The position numbers were made by a program, and so were the translations under genes. From contig JBDTZG010000002.1 of the NCBI GenBank assembly GCA_040005235.1, positions 128,001 to 192,000 on the forward strand: DNA of 64,000 nt, read 5' to 3'. Below the pieces are notes generated by a model. The model had not been told where the DNA came from. It saw nothing but the letters and a program-made list of their open reading frames with translations, and did not search any database. This document shows, in pieces, positions 27,610-36,820 of the stretch; the stretch's first letter is position 1; every line of letters starts with the position of its first letter. The stretch is from Acidobacteriota bacterium. GTDB taxonomy: Bacteria > Acidobacteriota > Thermoanaerobaculia > Multivoradales > UBA5704.

Positions 27610-28063
27610 CGTATTCGCCAGACCTTAGGGCCCGTGCCCGCACACCGGGCTCAACGTCGACGCCGCTGAGAACGTGCTCGCGCTTCATCCGGGCGACGTA
27701 GTGAGGCAGCGACCACATGTCCATCAAGGTCGTGACGCCGAACTCCGCCGAACGCACCAATTTCTGCCGGTCGCGGGAATGGCCGTGGGAATCGATCAGA
27801 CCGGGCAGGAGCGTCGAGCCGGTGCCGTCGATCTCCGGCAGGTCGTGAGGGGCGTGAACGTTCTGGCCGACTGCCGCGATCTCGCCGTTTCGAACGACGA
27901 CCGTGGCATGAGGAATCGTCCGAACGCCTTCGAAAACCCGGACGTTGGTGACGGAAAACGAGTCGTTGTGCGCGCGGGCCAAGGGGGCCGCCGTGGCCGG
28001 CGGGGCGAGGAACGCGGCGCCGAGGGCCAGGGCGGAAAGAGAGGGGAGCGTGACATTGCGCAT
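27539..28063 (-). pseudogene. Truncated secreted amidohydrolase (N-terminal third only)
   Basis: Signal peptide, VTNVRVFEG, IDGTGSTLLPGLIDSHGH, FGVTTLMDM, then unrelated sequence and a stop; rest of the TIM barrel missing. Confidence 0.75.
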
Positions 28064-28281
28064 GACGGATTCCTTCGGGTATAGCGCTCGCCCGGAAAGC
28101 TCAGAAGGCCCCCGCGGCAAGTCATGGGTTTGTGGATGAGGCGCCGGACCCGGCGCCTGGATGAGAGCGATGTACGGAGTCCTCTTGCCAAGGTTGCATG
28201 GTGATTTCAGATGGTTTCGTTCGAGCCTTCGCGCGGGTCCAAGAGAGGGGTAGTCTTGGGATACACCTTCGGAGGTCCCTC

Positions 28282-29682
28282 ATGCGTTCCCCTCTGCTCT
28301 GCTCGATCGCCCTGCTGCTCGGGCTGACTTCCTTCGCCTTCGCCTTCGCCGACCAGCCCGCGAAAACGCTCCCTCTCGCGCAGAACGGGATCGCCCTACT
28401 CGCCCAGCCGCAGGACGACGGCTGGGATGTCCGCTTTCTGCTCGCCCACGTCCTCGACGGCACGCGAATTCGTTACCGCCGGCTCGGCGCAGACGACTGG
28501 AAGGAGCTTCTGGCGGCGAACGATCTGGCTGGGCCGCTCGACCTCGGGACGATCGGCACCGGCGAGCAGGTGGTCGAGGTCGAGCTCTTCGATCCGGAAA
28601 AGGAAAAGGTGACGGCGGGTCCCTTTCGGCTGTCGTTCGATCCTGAGAAGGAGCGGATCCGGCAAGTCCGGTACCTCCTGGAGCAGGCGGTGCCGAGCGG
28701 CTGGGTCGCTTTCAACGAATCCACCGAGGAGCAGATCTACGCCTACTTCGGCACCGTGTGGAGCCGCAAAGAGGCCCTCCGGTCGATCCGCTACTCGCTG
28801 GACGATTGCAATCTCGATTCGACGCCAGTGGCGCCGGGCTACTTCCCGATCACCAGCCGGTTCACCTACCTCTGCATGCAGTTGGTCTACGCGGACGGCG
28901 TGGTGACCCCGCCGCGAATTTTCTTCCAGCACCGTCCGGCCGCCACGGAGCATCCCCGCCGCCCGCCCGCGCCGGATACCCTGCCGGTTGCACCGGTGCG
29001 GCTCGAAAGCGAACGCTCCAACAGCGGCTGGTCGCTGTCTTTCCAGGCTGAGGATGAGGACTCGGTCGCCGAGTATCGCTATCGACTCGAAACCGACTCC
29101 GAATGGCGGTCGGGCGGCGAGCTCCCTTGGACGAACCCAGCGACGGGCCGCAGGGCGGGCAATCCGAAGATCGCTCTCGATCCCCTCCGGGTGATGTTCG
29201 GACCCCAACGGATCGAAGTCGAGCTCGTCGGCTGGGACGGAGTCGTTTCAAGGCCCTATGCCCTCTGGTTCGATCCCGACGCAGAGGTGCTCTCGATCGC
29301 CAAGACCACCTTCGCCGATTCGGATCAGGAATGGGGCATTTTCGGCGACGGGGACGACCAAGATTTCTTCTACTTCGCCGTCTTCGGGGTGCGGGATGCC
29401 TTGCGCGAAATCCGCTATTCGGTCGACGACTGCGCCGTCGGAAAAAGGTTTGAGTTTCCCCCCTGGAACGACGTCGCCGATTCGCCCCCGGAACCGGATG
29501 TCACCTCGATCCGGCTGCCGAAGGCGACGGCCTTCGTCTGCGTTCAGCTGGTCCTTACGGATGGCACAGTGACCGAGATCCGGAAATTCAACCACGCCAC
29601 AGAGGAGGAGGAAGAGTTCGTGGCGCCGGGTGAGGAGGGCCCGCCGGTTCACGGGGTCTCCAAAACGCTGCGTCGGCCTTAG
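28282..29682 (+). CDS. Secreted protein with two tandem copies of an unnamed ~190-aa domain
   Basis: GGAGG RBS and signal peptide; repeated motifs GW...YR...W...EVEL...FDP...ALR.IRYS.DDC...C.QLV..DG.VT. Confidence 0.78.
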   Translation: MRSPLLCSIALLLGLTSFAFAFADQPAKTLPLAQNGIALLAQPQDDGWDVRFLLAHVLDGTRIRYRRLGADDWKELLAANDLAGPLDLGTIGTGEQVVEVELFDPEKEKVTAGPFRLSFDPEKERIRQVRYLLEQAVPSGWVAFNESTEEQIYAYFGTVWSRKEALRSIRYSLDDCNLDSTPVAPGYFPITSRFTYLCMQLVYADGVVTPPRIFFQHRPAATEHPRRPPAPDTLPVAPVRLESERSNSGWSLSFQAEDEDSVAEYRYRLETDSEWRSGGELPWTNPATGRRAGNPKIALDPLRVMFGPQRIEVELVGWDGVVSRPYALWFDPDAEVLSIAKTTFADSDQEWGIFGDGDDQDFFYFAVFGVRDALREIRYSVDDCAVGKRFEFPPWNDVADSPPEPDVTSIRLPKATAFVCVQLVLTDGTVTEIRKFNHATEEEEEFVAPGEEGPPVHGVSKTLRRP

Positions 29683-29762
29683 ACTCACCCCATGGCCAAA
29701 ACTGAATTGACGCTACGCGGTGGGAATTTGGAACCCAGGTGCGGTCATATATGATCCAGGGT

Positions 29763-30002
29763 ATGCAAGCCTCCGATGCCATCATCGAAGAAGCCCTCAA
29801 GCTGCCGGAAGGCGAACGAGCCCGGGTTGCCCTCCGCTTGTCTGAGAGTCTTTCAGGGACGCCCGACATCCGTGCCGAAAAGGCTTGGGCCGGCGAGATC
29901 GCGCGGCGGATCGCTCGGTTGCACGAGGGTACGGCCCAGACGGTGACTGCCGACGAGGCGCTTTCGCGGGCTCGCGCCAGACTCGCCGCGCGTCGTGCTT
30001 GA
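29763..30002 (+). CDS. Addiction-module antitoxin (TIGR02574-like)
   Basis: EALKLPEGERARVA..L.ESL, AWAGEIARR; overlaps the downstream toxin. Confidence 0.85.
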   Translation: MQASDAIIEEALKLPEGERARVALRLSESLSGTPDIRAEKAWAGEIARRIARLHEGTAQTVTADEALSRARARLAARRA

Positions 30003-30315
30003 CCTCCTTGATGCCGCCAGCTTCGAGCTTTCCGATGCGAGCGACTGGTATGAGGGCCGAGCGGAAGGTTTAGGAGGTCGCTTCCTCGACGAAGCGCGGA
30101 ACGCCTTCTCTTTGATCGAAGAGTATCCGGCACTCGGTGGCCCCTGGCTGTTGGAGGGTGTCCCTCCCGGTGTTCGTCACTTCCCGTTGCAAACGTTCCC
30201 CTACTCGATCGTCTACGTCCTGGAGCCGCGAGTCGTGGTGATTGCGGTGGCCAATGCGAGCCAAGAGCCAAAATATTGGATCGATCGTCTCGACGACATC
30301 GGCCGCATGTCCTGA
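29995..30315 (+). CDS. RelE/ParE-family toxin
   Basis: ELSDASDWYE...GLGGRFLDE...FPYSIVY...VIAVAN..QEPKYW. Confidence 0.85.
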   Translation: MLDLLDAASFELSDASDWYEGRAEGLGGRFLDEARNAFSLIEEYPALGGPWLLEGVPPGVRHFPLQTFPYSIVYVLEPRVVVIAVANASQEPKYWIDRLDDIGRMS

Positions 30316-30337
30316 GGCACGGTCGACCTGAACCGCC

Positions 30338-30422
30338 CTCCCCAACGGGGAGGATTACGTTAGCCCAGGGCAACGCCCTGGGTTCTAAGGCGGCCCAAGC
30401 CAATCGAGCCCTGAATGGGCGG
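30338..30422. repeat. REP-like palindromic element
   Basis: ctccccaacggggag, agcccagggcaacgccctgggtt and gccctgaatgggc hairpins in series. Confidence 0.7.
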
Positions 30423-30486
30423 CAGAGGGCCAAGGAGAAGCTGGAGTAGTCTCCAAAATCGCGGCGCCAGGGCGTAGACTTACCGA

Positions 30487-30834
30487 GTGACCAAGACCGA
30501 ATTGGCGCTGCAGGCGCTCGCTCTACCCATCGAAGAACAACTCGACCTGGCACAGGAGATCTGGGAGAACGTATCCCCTCCCCCGGATTTGCGTTTGTCG
30601 GATGACCTGCGTGATCTCCTCGAGGAAAGGCGGGCAGAGGCTCTTGCGCATCCGGAAGATGCGGTTCCGTGGGAGGAGGTCCGAGCAAGGCTCCTCGGCC
30701 ATCCGGCGCGTAAGGAAGGCCACCGCCTGATCGTTGAACCGAAGCCCCGGCCGTCGCTGCTCGAGCTCTTGGCGACCTGGGAGCCACTCGATGAGGAGTT
30801 CCCGGAGCTCGATGGCCTCAATGACCAAAACTGA
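30487..30834 (+). CDS. Chimeric antitoxin: addiction-module protein fused to a VapB/MazE-type C-terminus
   Basis: N-part LPIEEQLDLAQEIWE...AVPWEEVRARL; C-part RKEGHRLIVEP..PSLLELLATWEPLDEEFPEL, typical of AbrB-type VapB C-termini. Confidence 0.62.
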   Translation: MTKTELALQALALPIEEQLDLAQEIWENVSPPPDLRLSDDLRDLLEERRAEALAHPEDAVPWEEVRARLLGHPARKEGHRLIVEPKPRPSLLELLATWEPLDEEFPELDGLNDQN

Positions 30835-31063
30835 ATTGACGCTGCAAGCCGAACCTTCCGCTGAAACCAGGGCGGAATGGCTCGCCGAATTCGAGGCGGC
30901 AGCTCGAAGACCGCTTGCGACCCGCCTGCGCTACGCTTTTATTCACACCTATAAGCCGGTGCTCGACGACGAGCCCTATCGCTCCTTCGAGACGATGGCT
31001 GAGTACCGCGCCTGGTGCGCCGAAAACCTACCCGCTTGGCTTGGCTATGGCCCGGCGGTTTGA
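30821..31063 (+). CDS. Small protein upstream of the nucleotidyltransferase (putative TA partner)
   Basis: 80 aa, starts MTKTELTLQA like ORF 30487, overlaps the next gene. Confidence 0.6.
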   Translation: MTKTELTLQAEPSAETRAEWLAEFEAAARRPLATRLRYAFIHTYKPVLDDEPYRSFETMAEYRAWCAENLPAWLGYGPAV

Positions 31064-31496
31064 ATACACCCAGGCCGAGGAAATCCGGGACGCTTTTGCG
31101 GCCCACGGCGTTCGTTACCTCTTCCTGGGCAAGTCGGGAGCGATCCTTCTCGGCTATCCGGATACCACGCAGGACGCGGACCTGTTTCTTGAGAAGAGCG
31201 AGGTGAATGGAGCCGCCGTTACTGCCGCGCTCCGCCAGTTGGGTTTCGAGCTGACGGACGAAAAGGAAGCCGAGATTCGCCGGGGCAAGGATTTCATCCA
31301 GCTCAAGAACGGCCCCTTCGACCTCGATCTCATCTTCGCGCCCGACGGAATTGCAGATTTCAATCGCGCATGGTCACGGCGGGTTGTCGTCGAGGGTTTC
31401 CCCGTTTGCCATCCGGACGACATCATCGCGAGCAATCGAGAGGTTCTTCCTCGCTTGCGTGCTTTTCGGGATTACTGGCTCGAACGTAAGGAGTAA
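31047..31496 (+). CDS. Nucleotidyltransferase-fold protein (TA-associated), possibly with a short internal deletion
   Basis: HGVRYLFLGKSGAILLG...TTQDADLF, DLDLIFAPDGI; C-terminal DDIIASNREVLPRL looks shortened. Confidence 0.7.
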   Translation: MARRFEYTQAEEIRDAFAAHGVRYLFLGKSGAILLGYPDTTQDADLFLEKSEVNGAAVTAALRQLGFELTDEKEAEIRRGKDFIQLKNGPFDLDLIFAPDGIADFNRAWSRRVVVEGFPVCHPDDIIASNREVLPRLRAFRDYWLERKE

Positions 31497-31515
31497 GAGA
31501 CGTCGGGTTGCCGCC

Positions 31516-32022
31516 TTATGGTTCCACGCGCCAGCTCATCACGCGGGTTTCAAAATCATAAAGTACCTCGATTTCGTGCCGCAGCGCGCCGCGCCAAGTT
31601 TCAGTGCGCGGCTCGGCGAGCCACTCTCGGACTGCGGGTATTCCATTGGCGCCGAGGGCGGCGCGGACGGTCGCCTTGAGACCACTCGGCACGGGGTAGA
31701 CGGTAAGCCCCCAACGCTCTCCAAATTCCGCGCTCTGTAGGTTCGGGCTGCCTGAGACGCCGGGGCGGCGGTTTGTGAACCAGGCGGATAGGACCGGCTG
31801 TGGATCTATTTCGGACACGCCGGACTTGTCGGGGCGCGTATCGGCCCAGAGATTGGGCACTCCGGAGAACGAGACGGTTAGCGCCTCGAACTGGGAGACT
31901 CCCGCGAGCGCCTCACTCAATTGTTCCGCGCCGATCGGGTGGGAGAGATCACGGGCGATCGGCTGGCGGTAGCGGATCGGGATCAGCGGCGGAGCCGGTT
32001 CTAACTCTTCCGTCCGCGCCAT
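31516..32022 (-). CDS. Hypothetical protein
   Basis: 168-aa ORF starting 3 nt after the patA stop, same strand. Confidence 0.6.
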   Translation of the reverse strand: MARTEELEPAPPLIPIRYRQPIARDLSHPIGAEQLSEALAGVSQFEALTVSFSGVPNLWADTRPDKSGVSEIDPQPVLSAWFTNRRPGVSGSPNLQSAEFGERWGLTVYPVPSGLKATVRAALGANGIPAVREWLAEPRTETWRGALRHEIEVLYDFETRVMSWRVEP

Positions 32023-32025
32023 GCC

Positions 32026-33375
32026 CTAAAGCCCCATCTCCCTCTCGACCACGGTCATCGACTCCTCCAACGCCCCCAGGAAAGTGTCCATCTGCTCCCG
32101 CGAAATCACCAACGGCGGCTCGACGCGGAGGACCCGGGAGTTGATGTAGGTGCCGGAGATCAGGATCTGGCGGGCGAAGAGGTTCTTGGAGACGGCGTAG
32201 CCGATCTCGTCGCTTTGGAACTCCATTCCGAGCATCAGCCCGCGGCCTCGGCCGCAGAGCATGACTTTCGGGTGCTGCCCAGCCAGCTCGTTCATCCGGC
32301 CTAGCAGGTAGTCGCCTTTCTCGGCTGCCTGGTCGAGTAGGCCCTCTTCGAGCAGGACGTGGATCGTGGCGATCGCGGCGGCGCAGCAAACCGGGTTTCC
32401 TCCGAAGGTGGTGGTGTGGAGGAACGGATTTTCAATGTAGCGCTCCCAGGTCTTCGGGGTGCCGACGCAGGCTCCGATCGGCATCACCCCTCCGCCGAAG
32501 CCTTTGCCCAGCGCCAGCAGGTCGGGGGTGATGCCGTCGTGCTCGCAGCAGAACATCTTGCCCGTTCGGCCCATGCCGGACTGGACCTCGTCCAGGATCA
32601 GCATCGTGCCGTAGCGGTCGCACAGCTCGCGCGCTCCGGGGAGGAAGCCGGGCGGGGCGACGTTGATCCCCCCTTCGCCCTGGATCGGTTCGATCACCAC
32701 GCCCGCGATCCGGTCGCCCGAGAAATCGCACGTCTTCATGAACTGGGCGAGCGCGTCGAGGTCGCCGAACGGCACGTGCGACCAGTGGAGCAGCGGCAGG
32801 AACGGCTCGCGGAACACGGCTTTCGAGGTGCCGCCGAGGCTGCCGAGACTCTTGCCGTGGAATCCTCCGACCATGCCGACGAAATGCTTTCGGCCGGTGG
32901 TGAGCATCGCCATCTTCAAGCACCCTTCGATCGACTCGGTGCCGGAGTTGGTGAAGAAGGCGTATTGCAGATCGCCCGGCGTGATCTGGGAGACCAGGTG
33001 CGCGAGGTAGGTGCGCAGCGGGTCGATCAGCTCTTGCGAGTGGATCGCCTGGCGATCGAGCTGATCGCGCACGGCCTTCAAGACCTTCGGGTGCCGGTGG
33101 CCGACGACGTAGATGCCGAATCCGCCCAGGCAGTCGATGAACTCCTTGCCGTTGATGTCGCGGAAGACCGCCCCCTCGTCGTCCCATTCGACCGCCGTGT
33201 AATCGGTCGAGACCGACTTCCTGTACTGGAGGAACCCCGGGTTCACGTGGTCGGTCCAGTACTGCACCGATTCGCGGATCACCCGCGCGCGTTCGTCCGC
33301 GTCGAGCGTCTTCTTCGAGATCAGGTCCAGAACGTCGGCGGAGGTGTCGAGTGCGGCTTTGAGGTCTTGCGCCAT
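32026..33375 (-). CDS. patA: Putrescine aminotransferase (class III PLP enzyme)
   Basis: HVNPGFLQYRKSV, FIDCLGGFG, NSGTES, FHGKSLG, EPIQGEGG, DEVQSGMGRTG, LGKGFGGG, HTTTFGGNP. Confidence 0.9.
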   Translation of the reverse strand: MAQDLKAALDTSADVLDLISKKTLDADERARVIRESVQYWTDHVNPGFLQYRKSVSTDYTAVEWDDEGAVFRDINGKEFIDCLGGFGIYVVGHRHPKVLKAVRDQLDRQAIHSQELIDPLRTYLAHLVSQITPGDLQYAFFTNSGTESIEGCLKMAMLTTGRKHFVGMVGGFHGKSLGSLGGTSKAVFREPFLPLLHWSHVPFGDLDALAQFMKTCDFSGDRIAGVVIEPIQGEGGINVAPPGFLPGARELCDRYGTMLILDEVQSGMGRTGKMFCCEHDGITPDLLALGKGFGGGVMPIGACVGTPKTWERYIENPFLHTTTFGGNPVCCAAAIATIHVLLEEGLLDQAAEKGDYLLGRMNELAGQHPKVMLCGRGRGLMLGMEFQSDEIGYAVSKNLFARQILISGTYINSRVLRVEPPLVISREQMDTFLGALEESMTVVEREMGL

Positions 33376-33417
33376 TATCGAAAGTCGGGCTCCCTGGGAA
33401 GTTGAGGAGCGGCGACT

Positions 33418-34563
33418 CTACCAGCGATCCCGCGGTGCCTCAGGGGTGCGCTTTTCCAGCTCTAGGGCGCCGCGGCGGTCGGCTGGGCCTGGGCGGTGAA
33501 TGCTCCGGGGCGTCGCGGGGTCAAAGACGGCCTGGCGCCCTGGGCCTTCGGTCTTCGCTTGATACATCGCCGAGTCGGCGTCCCGCAGCAGATCCTCCGG
33601 GCGGTCGTACGCGGGCGACGAGAGCGTGATGCCAATGCTCACGGAGAGTCTCACCTCTTGCCCATCGAGGTCGAAGGGAGCCTCGAAAACATGGTGGATG
33701 CGCAGCGCGAGCTTGCTGGCCTGGCCTTTCTCTTCGAGGTAATCGAGGAGCATGGCGAATTCGTCGCCTCCCATCCGGGCCACCGTATCGACCGGCCGGA
33801 GGCAGCGGTTCAGGCGTTCCGCGATTTTCCGGAGCAGCTCGTCTCCCGCCATGTGCCCCAGGTTGTCGTTGACCCGTTTGAACAGGTCGATGTCGACGAA
33901 CAAGACGGCGAACAGGGCGTCCTCTCGCCGCTGGAACCGCTTCAACGCCATGCCCAAACGGTCGAGGAAGAGGATACGGTTGGGCAGACCGGTGAGCGGA
34001 TCGTGGAGGGTGCTGTGGACCAGTCGATCGCGCGCCCCCGCAGCTTCAATGGCGATCGCGGCGATATCGGCCGCCGTCTCGATCAGGTGGATTTCGGCTT
34101 CGGTGGGAGAGCGGGGTTTGGGGTAATACATCGCCAAGGTCCCCAACACCGCACCGGCCGACGAGACGATCGGTTGCGACCAGCAGGCGCGCAGACCGTG
34201 GGCGGCGGCCAGCTCCCGGTAGTCCGCCCACAACGGGTCCCGTTGGATGTCGGTGACCACCACCCTCGTTCCTCGGAAGGCGGCGGTGCCGCAGGAGCCG
34301 ACGCTCGGTCCGATCCGGACGCCGTCGATGGCGCGACTGAAACTCTGCGGCAGGTGGGGCGCCGCCGCGGTGGCCAGTTGAGCTCCCTCTCGGTCCAGCA
34401 GGAGAATCGAACCGAACATCCCAGTCCCCGGATCCTCGATCGCCAGAGCGAGCTGGTTCAGGGTTTCCGCCAGCGGCGCGCCGCGAGCGATCCGTCGCAG
34501 CACGTCGTTTTGCCGTTCCAGCCGTTCTTTGCTCACCCGCACCTGTTCCAGGCTCTGGCGCAT
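33418..34563 (-). CDS. GAF plus GGDEF diguanylate cyclase
   Basis: GSCGTAAF GAF; HDPLTGLPNR, FKRVNDNLGH, RPVD I-site, RMGGDEF. Confidence 0.92.
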   Translation of the reverse strand: MRQSLEQVRVSKERLERQNDVLRRIARGAPLAETLNQLALAIEDPGTGMFGSILLLDREGAQLATAAAPHLPQSFSRAIDGVRIGPSVGSCGTAAFRGTRVVVTDIQRDPLWADYRELAAAHGLRACWSQPIVSSAGAVLGTLAMYYPKPRSPTEAEIHLIETAADIAAIAIEAAGARDRLVHSTLHDPLTGLPNRILFLDRLGMALKRFQRREDALFAVLFVDIDLFKRVNDNLGHMAGDELLRKIAERLNRCLRPVDTVARMGGDEFAMLLDYLEEKGQASKLALRIHHVFEAPFDLDGQEVRLSVSIGITLSSPAYDRPEDLLRDADSAMYQAKTEGPGRQAVFDPATPRSIHRPGPADRRGALELEKRTPEAPRDRW

Positions 34564-34606
34564 GAGCCCTATATTAACGCATAGCCACCTTTATTCGGAA
34601 ATACCT

Positions 34607-34641
34607 AAAACAAAAGCCCGGCGGACGTGAAGCCGCCGGGC
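34607..34641 (-). terminator. Rho-independent terminator
   Basis: gcccggcgg/ccgccgggc stem followed on the minus strand by TTTTGTTTT. Confidence 0.82.
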
Positions 34642-34674
34642 CTTTGGGCTGGAGCTCGAAGCGTTCGAGAATCC

Positions 34675-36810
34675 CTAGAACTGGACCTTCATGAACGCCT
34701 TGACCCGCTGCTGCGAGAAGTCGCGCTTTTCGAGGCTGTTCCAGCCGCCGGAACGGCCGGCGAAGCCGAGCGAACCGACCGGCACGTTGTGATCCTTGGA
34801 GATCTGCTCGGTCGCGACCTGCGGGACGAAACCGCCGCCGAAGTCCGGATCGAACGTGCCCTGGTTGTACTGGTATTCGAAACCGATCTCGGCGCCGGCC
34901 AGGATGTAGCGCGCCTTGAGCGAGATCTTGTTCTGGGTGTGATCGCCCGAGGCCAGCTCGTGCAGCTGATAAGCCTGGAACGCCGTGTTGCCGTCTTCGA
35001 GCGTCGTGTCGTAACGCTCCAGGGTGAGTGAGGCGTACAGGTCGTCGGTCAGCTGGTAGCCGGCTCCTATCTGGAGCAGCTTGTAGGAGAGGTCGCGGTC
35101 GTCGTCAGACAGGCTGTCGAACGGCTTCCACTGGTAGCCGATGACGCCGTTGACCGTGATCACCGGCGGGTTGCCATAGATGTCGGCCGTCGAGTTGCCC
35201 GCCGAGTAGAACCGCTTGTTGTCGGCGCACGCCTGGCCGCCGCCCGGGCAGGAACCCGCCTGGTAGGGGAGGAAGCGCGCGTCGTTCAGGCGCTTGTCGG
35301 TCTCGTCGATGAGCTTGATTTTGCCGAAGACATCGACGCCCTTGCCGATGTCCCACAGGTACTTGGCGCGGATCACGCCGATCTGGGTCTTCTTGTCCTG
35401 GAAGGGTGAGTAAGCGCTGCGGAAATTGTGGCCGACTCCCGTGTCCAGCTCGTTGACCGGATAGGCCGTCGACGTGACGTTGCGGCTCGCATCGCCGAAC
35501 GCCTGCCAGTTGGTGCTGTAGTCGATCACCGTGATCTCGGCCGCCAGATCGAGCCCGCCAAGGCTCCAGGTCGGAGCGACCGTGATGCCCTTCCAGCCGA
35601 TCACCGTCTCGGCCGCCGGCTCGTCGAAATCGGTGAGCTGGTTGTCGACGTTGATCGTCGCCACCTGCTGCATGTTGCCGCTCCAGCCGCCGAGGCCGAT
35701 CCGCGTCGGGGCGCTCGGAAACACGCCGAACGCGGAATTGTCCGGTCCGGGGAACGCATACGTCGCGTCGTGACCTTCGGTGAGCAGAACGTCGGACTCG
35801 CGGCGCGCGGCCATCAGCGCCACGTATTCGGCGCCGATGTCGAATGCCTGGATGTTGACCGAGAGGCCGTTTTCGAACGGATCGTTGAAGTCGACGCCGA
35901 ACTTCCACGATTTGTCTTCATGCCTGCCGACGGGGACCGCCGAAAAGCCCGCGAGGCCGAAGGAGCGGGCCGGGACGAGATCTTCGCCCGAGTCGGCGCG
36001 GGACCCATACATCGAGCCCGCAATGTCCAACTTCGAGCTCGGGTGGAAGCCGAACCTGCCGCCGATCACGGTATCGCGGAACCGGGTGCGGAGGTCCCGT
36101 CCTTCGTCGAAGTTGCGGTCGGTCGCTTCGACCTCCAGATTGTTGACATGGCTCGCGATCAAGCCGAAATCGAACTTCGAGCTGGGCGCGAGCTTTGCCT
36201 GGAAGCCGTAGACCGCGTCCGCGGCGTAGAGCTTGCCCGTGGTGAAATTCGATCCGGAAAAACGGCGAGGCAGCGAGATGCGGGCCGCGTCCCAGGTAAA
36301 TCTTCGGTCGGCGGCCGAGCCCTGCAACAGCAATCCCGAGGCGCTGTCGCGATCGATATAGCGGAAACGGCCGATCACGAACGGATCGAACTGCCCGAAG
36401 TCGTTCGAGCCGAGCGTCGCCGAGTCGATCCGCCGAACCGCAGGCGTGAGTGTGAGCGATAGGCCGCGCAGCCTGACGGATGAGTCGAAGCGCGAATCGC
36501 AGCCGGCGCCGGCGCAGCTTCGGGCCGGCGGATCGTCGAGCGTCGGACCGTGCTCGCCAAAGCCGCCGGAGTGGGTCCAGTAGTTCTGGGCGAAGCGGCC
36601 TTCCAGACGCCCCTTGACCTCGACCTTCTTGGACAGGCGGGCGGAGAGCAGCAGCTCGATCTCCGTGCCCTGGCCTTTGTCGCCGTTCTCGGCCCAGAGT
36701 CCCTTGGTGTAGATCGTGCCGCCGATCGTCGGTCCGTTCAGCTGGGCCGACGCAGTGTCGGCGGCCATCGCGAGTGCGAACAGCACCCCTCCGTGCGCAA
36801 AGCGATTCAT
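34675..36810 (-). CDS. Outer-membrane beta-barrel protein (porin-like)
   Basis: Signal peptide, amphipathic beta-strands, C-terminal VKAFMKVQF ending in Phe. Confidence 0.72.
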   Translation of the reverse strand: MNRFAHGGVLFALAMAADTASAQLNGPTIGGTIYTKGLWAENGDKGQGTEIELLLSARLSKKVEVKGRLEGRFAQNYWTHSGGFGEHGPTLDDPPARSCAGAGCDSRFDSSVRLRGLSLTLTPAVRRIDSATLGSNDFGQFDPFVIGRFRYIDRDSASGLLLQGSAADRRFTWDAARISLPRRFSGSNFTTGKLYAADAVYGFQAKLAPSSKFDFGLIASHVNNLEVEATDRNFDEGRDLRTRFRDTVIGGRFGFHPSSKLDIAGSMYGSRADSGEDLVPARSFGLAGFSAVPVGRHEDKSWKFGVDFNDPFENGLSVNIQAFDIGAEYVALMAARRESDVLLTEGHDATYAFPGPDNSAFGVFPSAPTRIGLGGWSGNMQQVATINVDNQLTDFDEPAAETVIGWKGITVAPTWSLGGLDLAAEITVIDYSTNWQAFGDASRNVTSTAYPVNELDTGVGHNFRSAYSPFQDKKTQIGVIRAKYLWDIGKGVDVFGKIKLIDETDKRLNDARFLPYQAGSCPGGGQACADNKRFYSAGNSTADIYGNPPVITVNGVIGYQWKPFDSLSDDDRDLSYKLLQIGAGYQLTDDLYASLTLERYDTTLEDGNTAFQAYQLHELASGDHTQNKISLKARYILAGAEIGFEYQYNQGTFDPDFGGGFVPQVATEQISKDHNVPVGSLGFAGRSGGWNSLEKRDFSQQRVKAFMKVQF

Positions 36811-36820
36811 GCGCTCGCGG

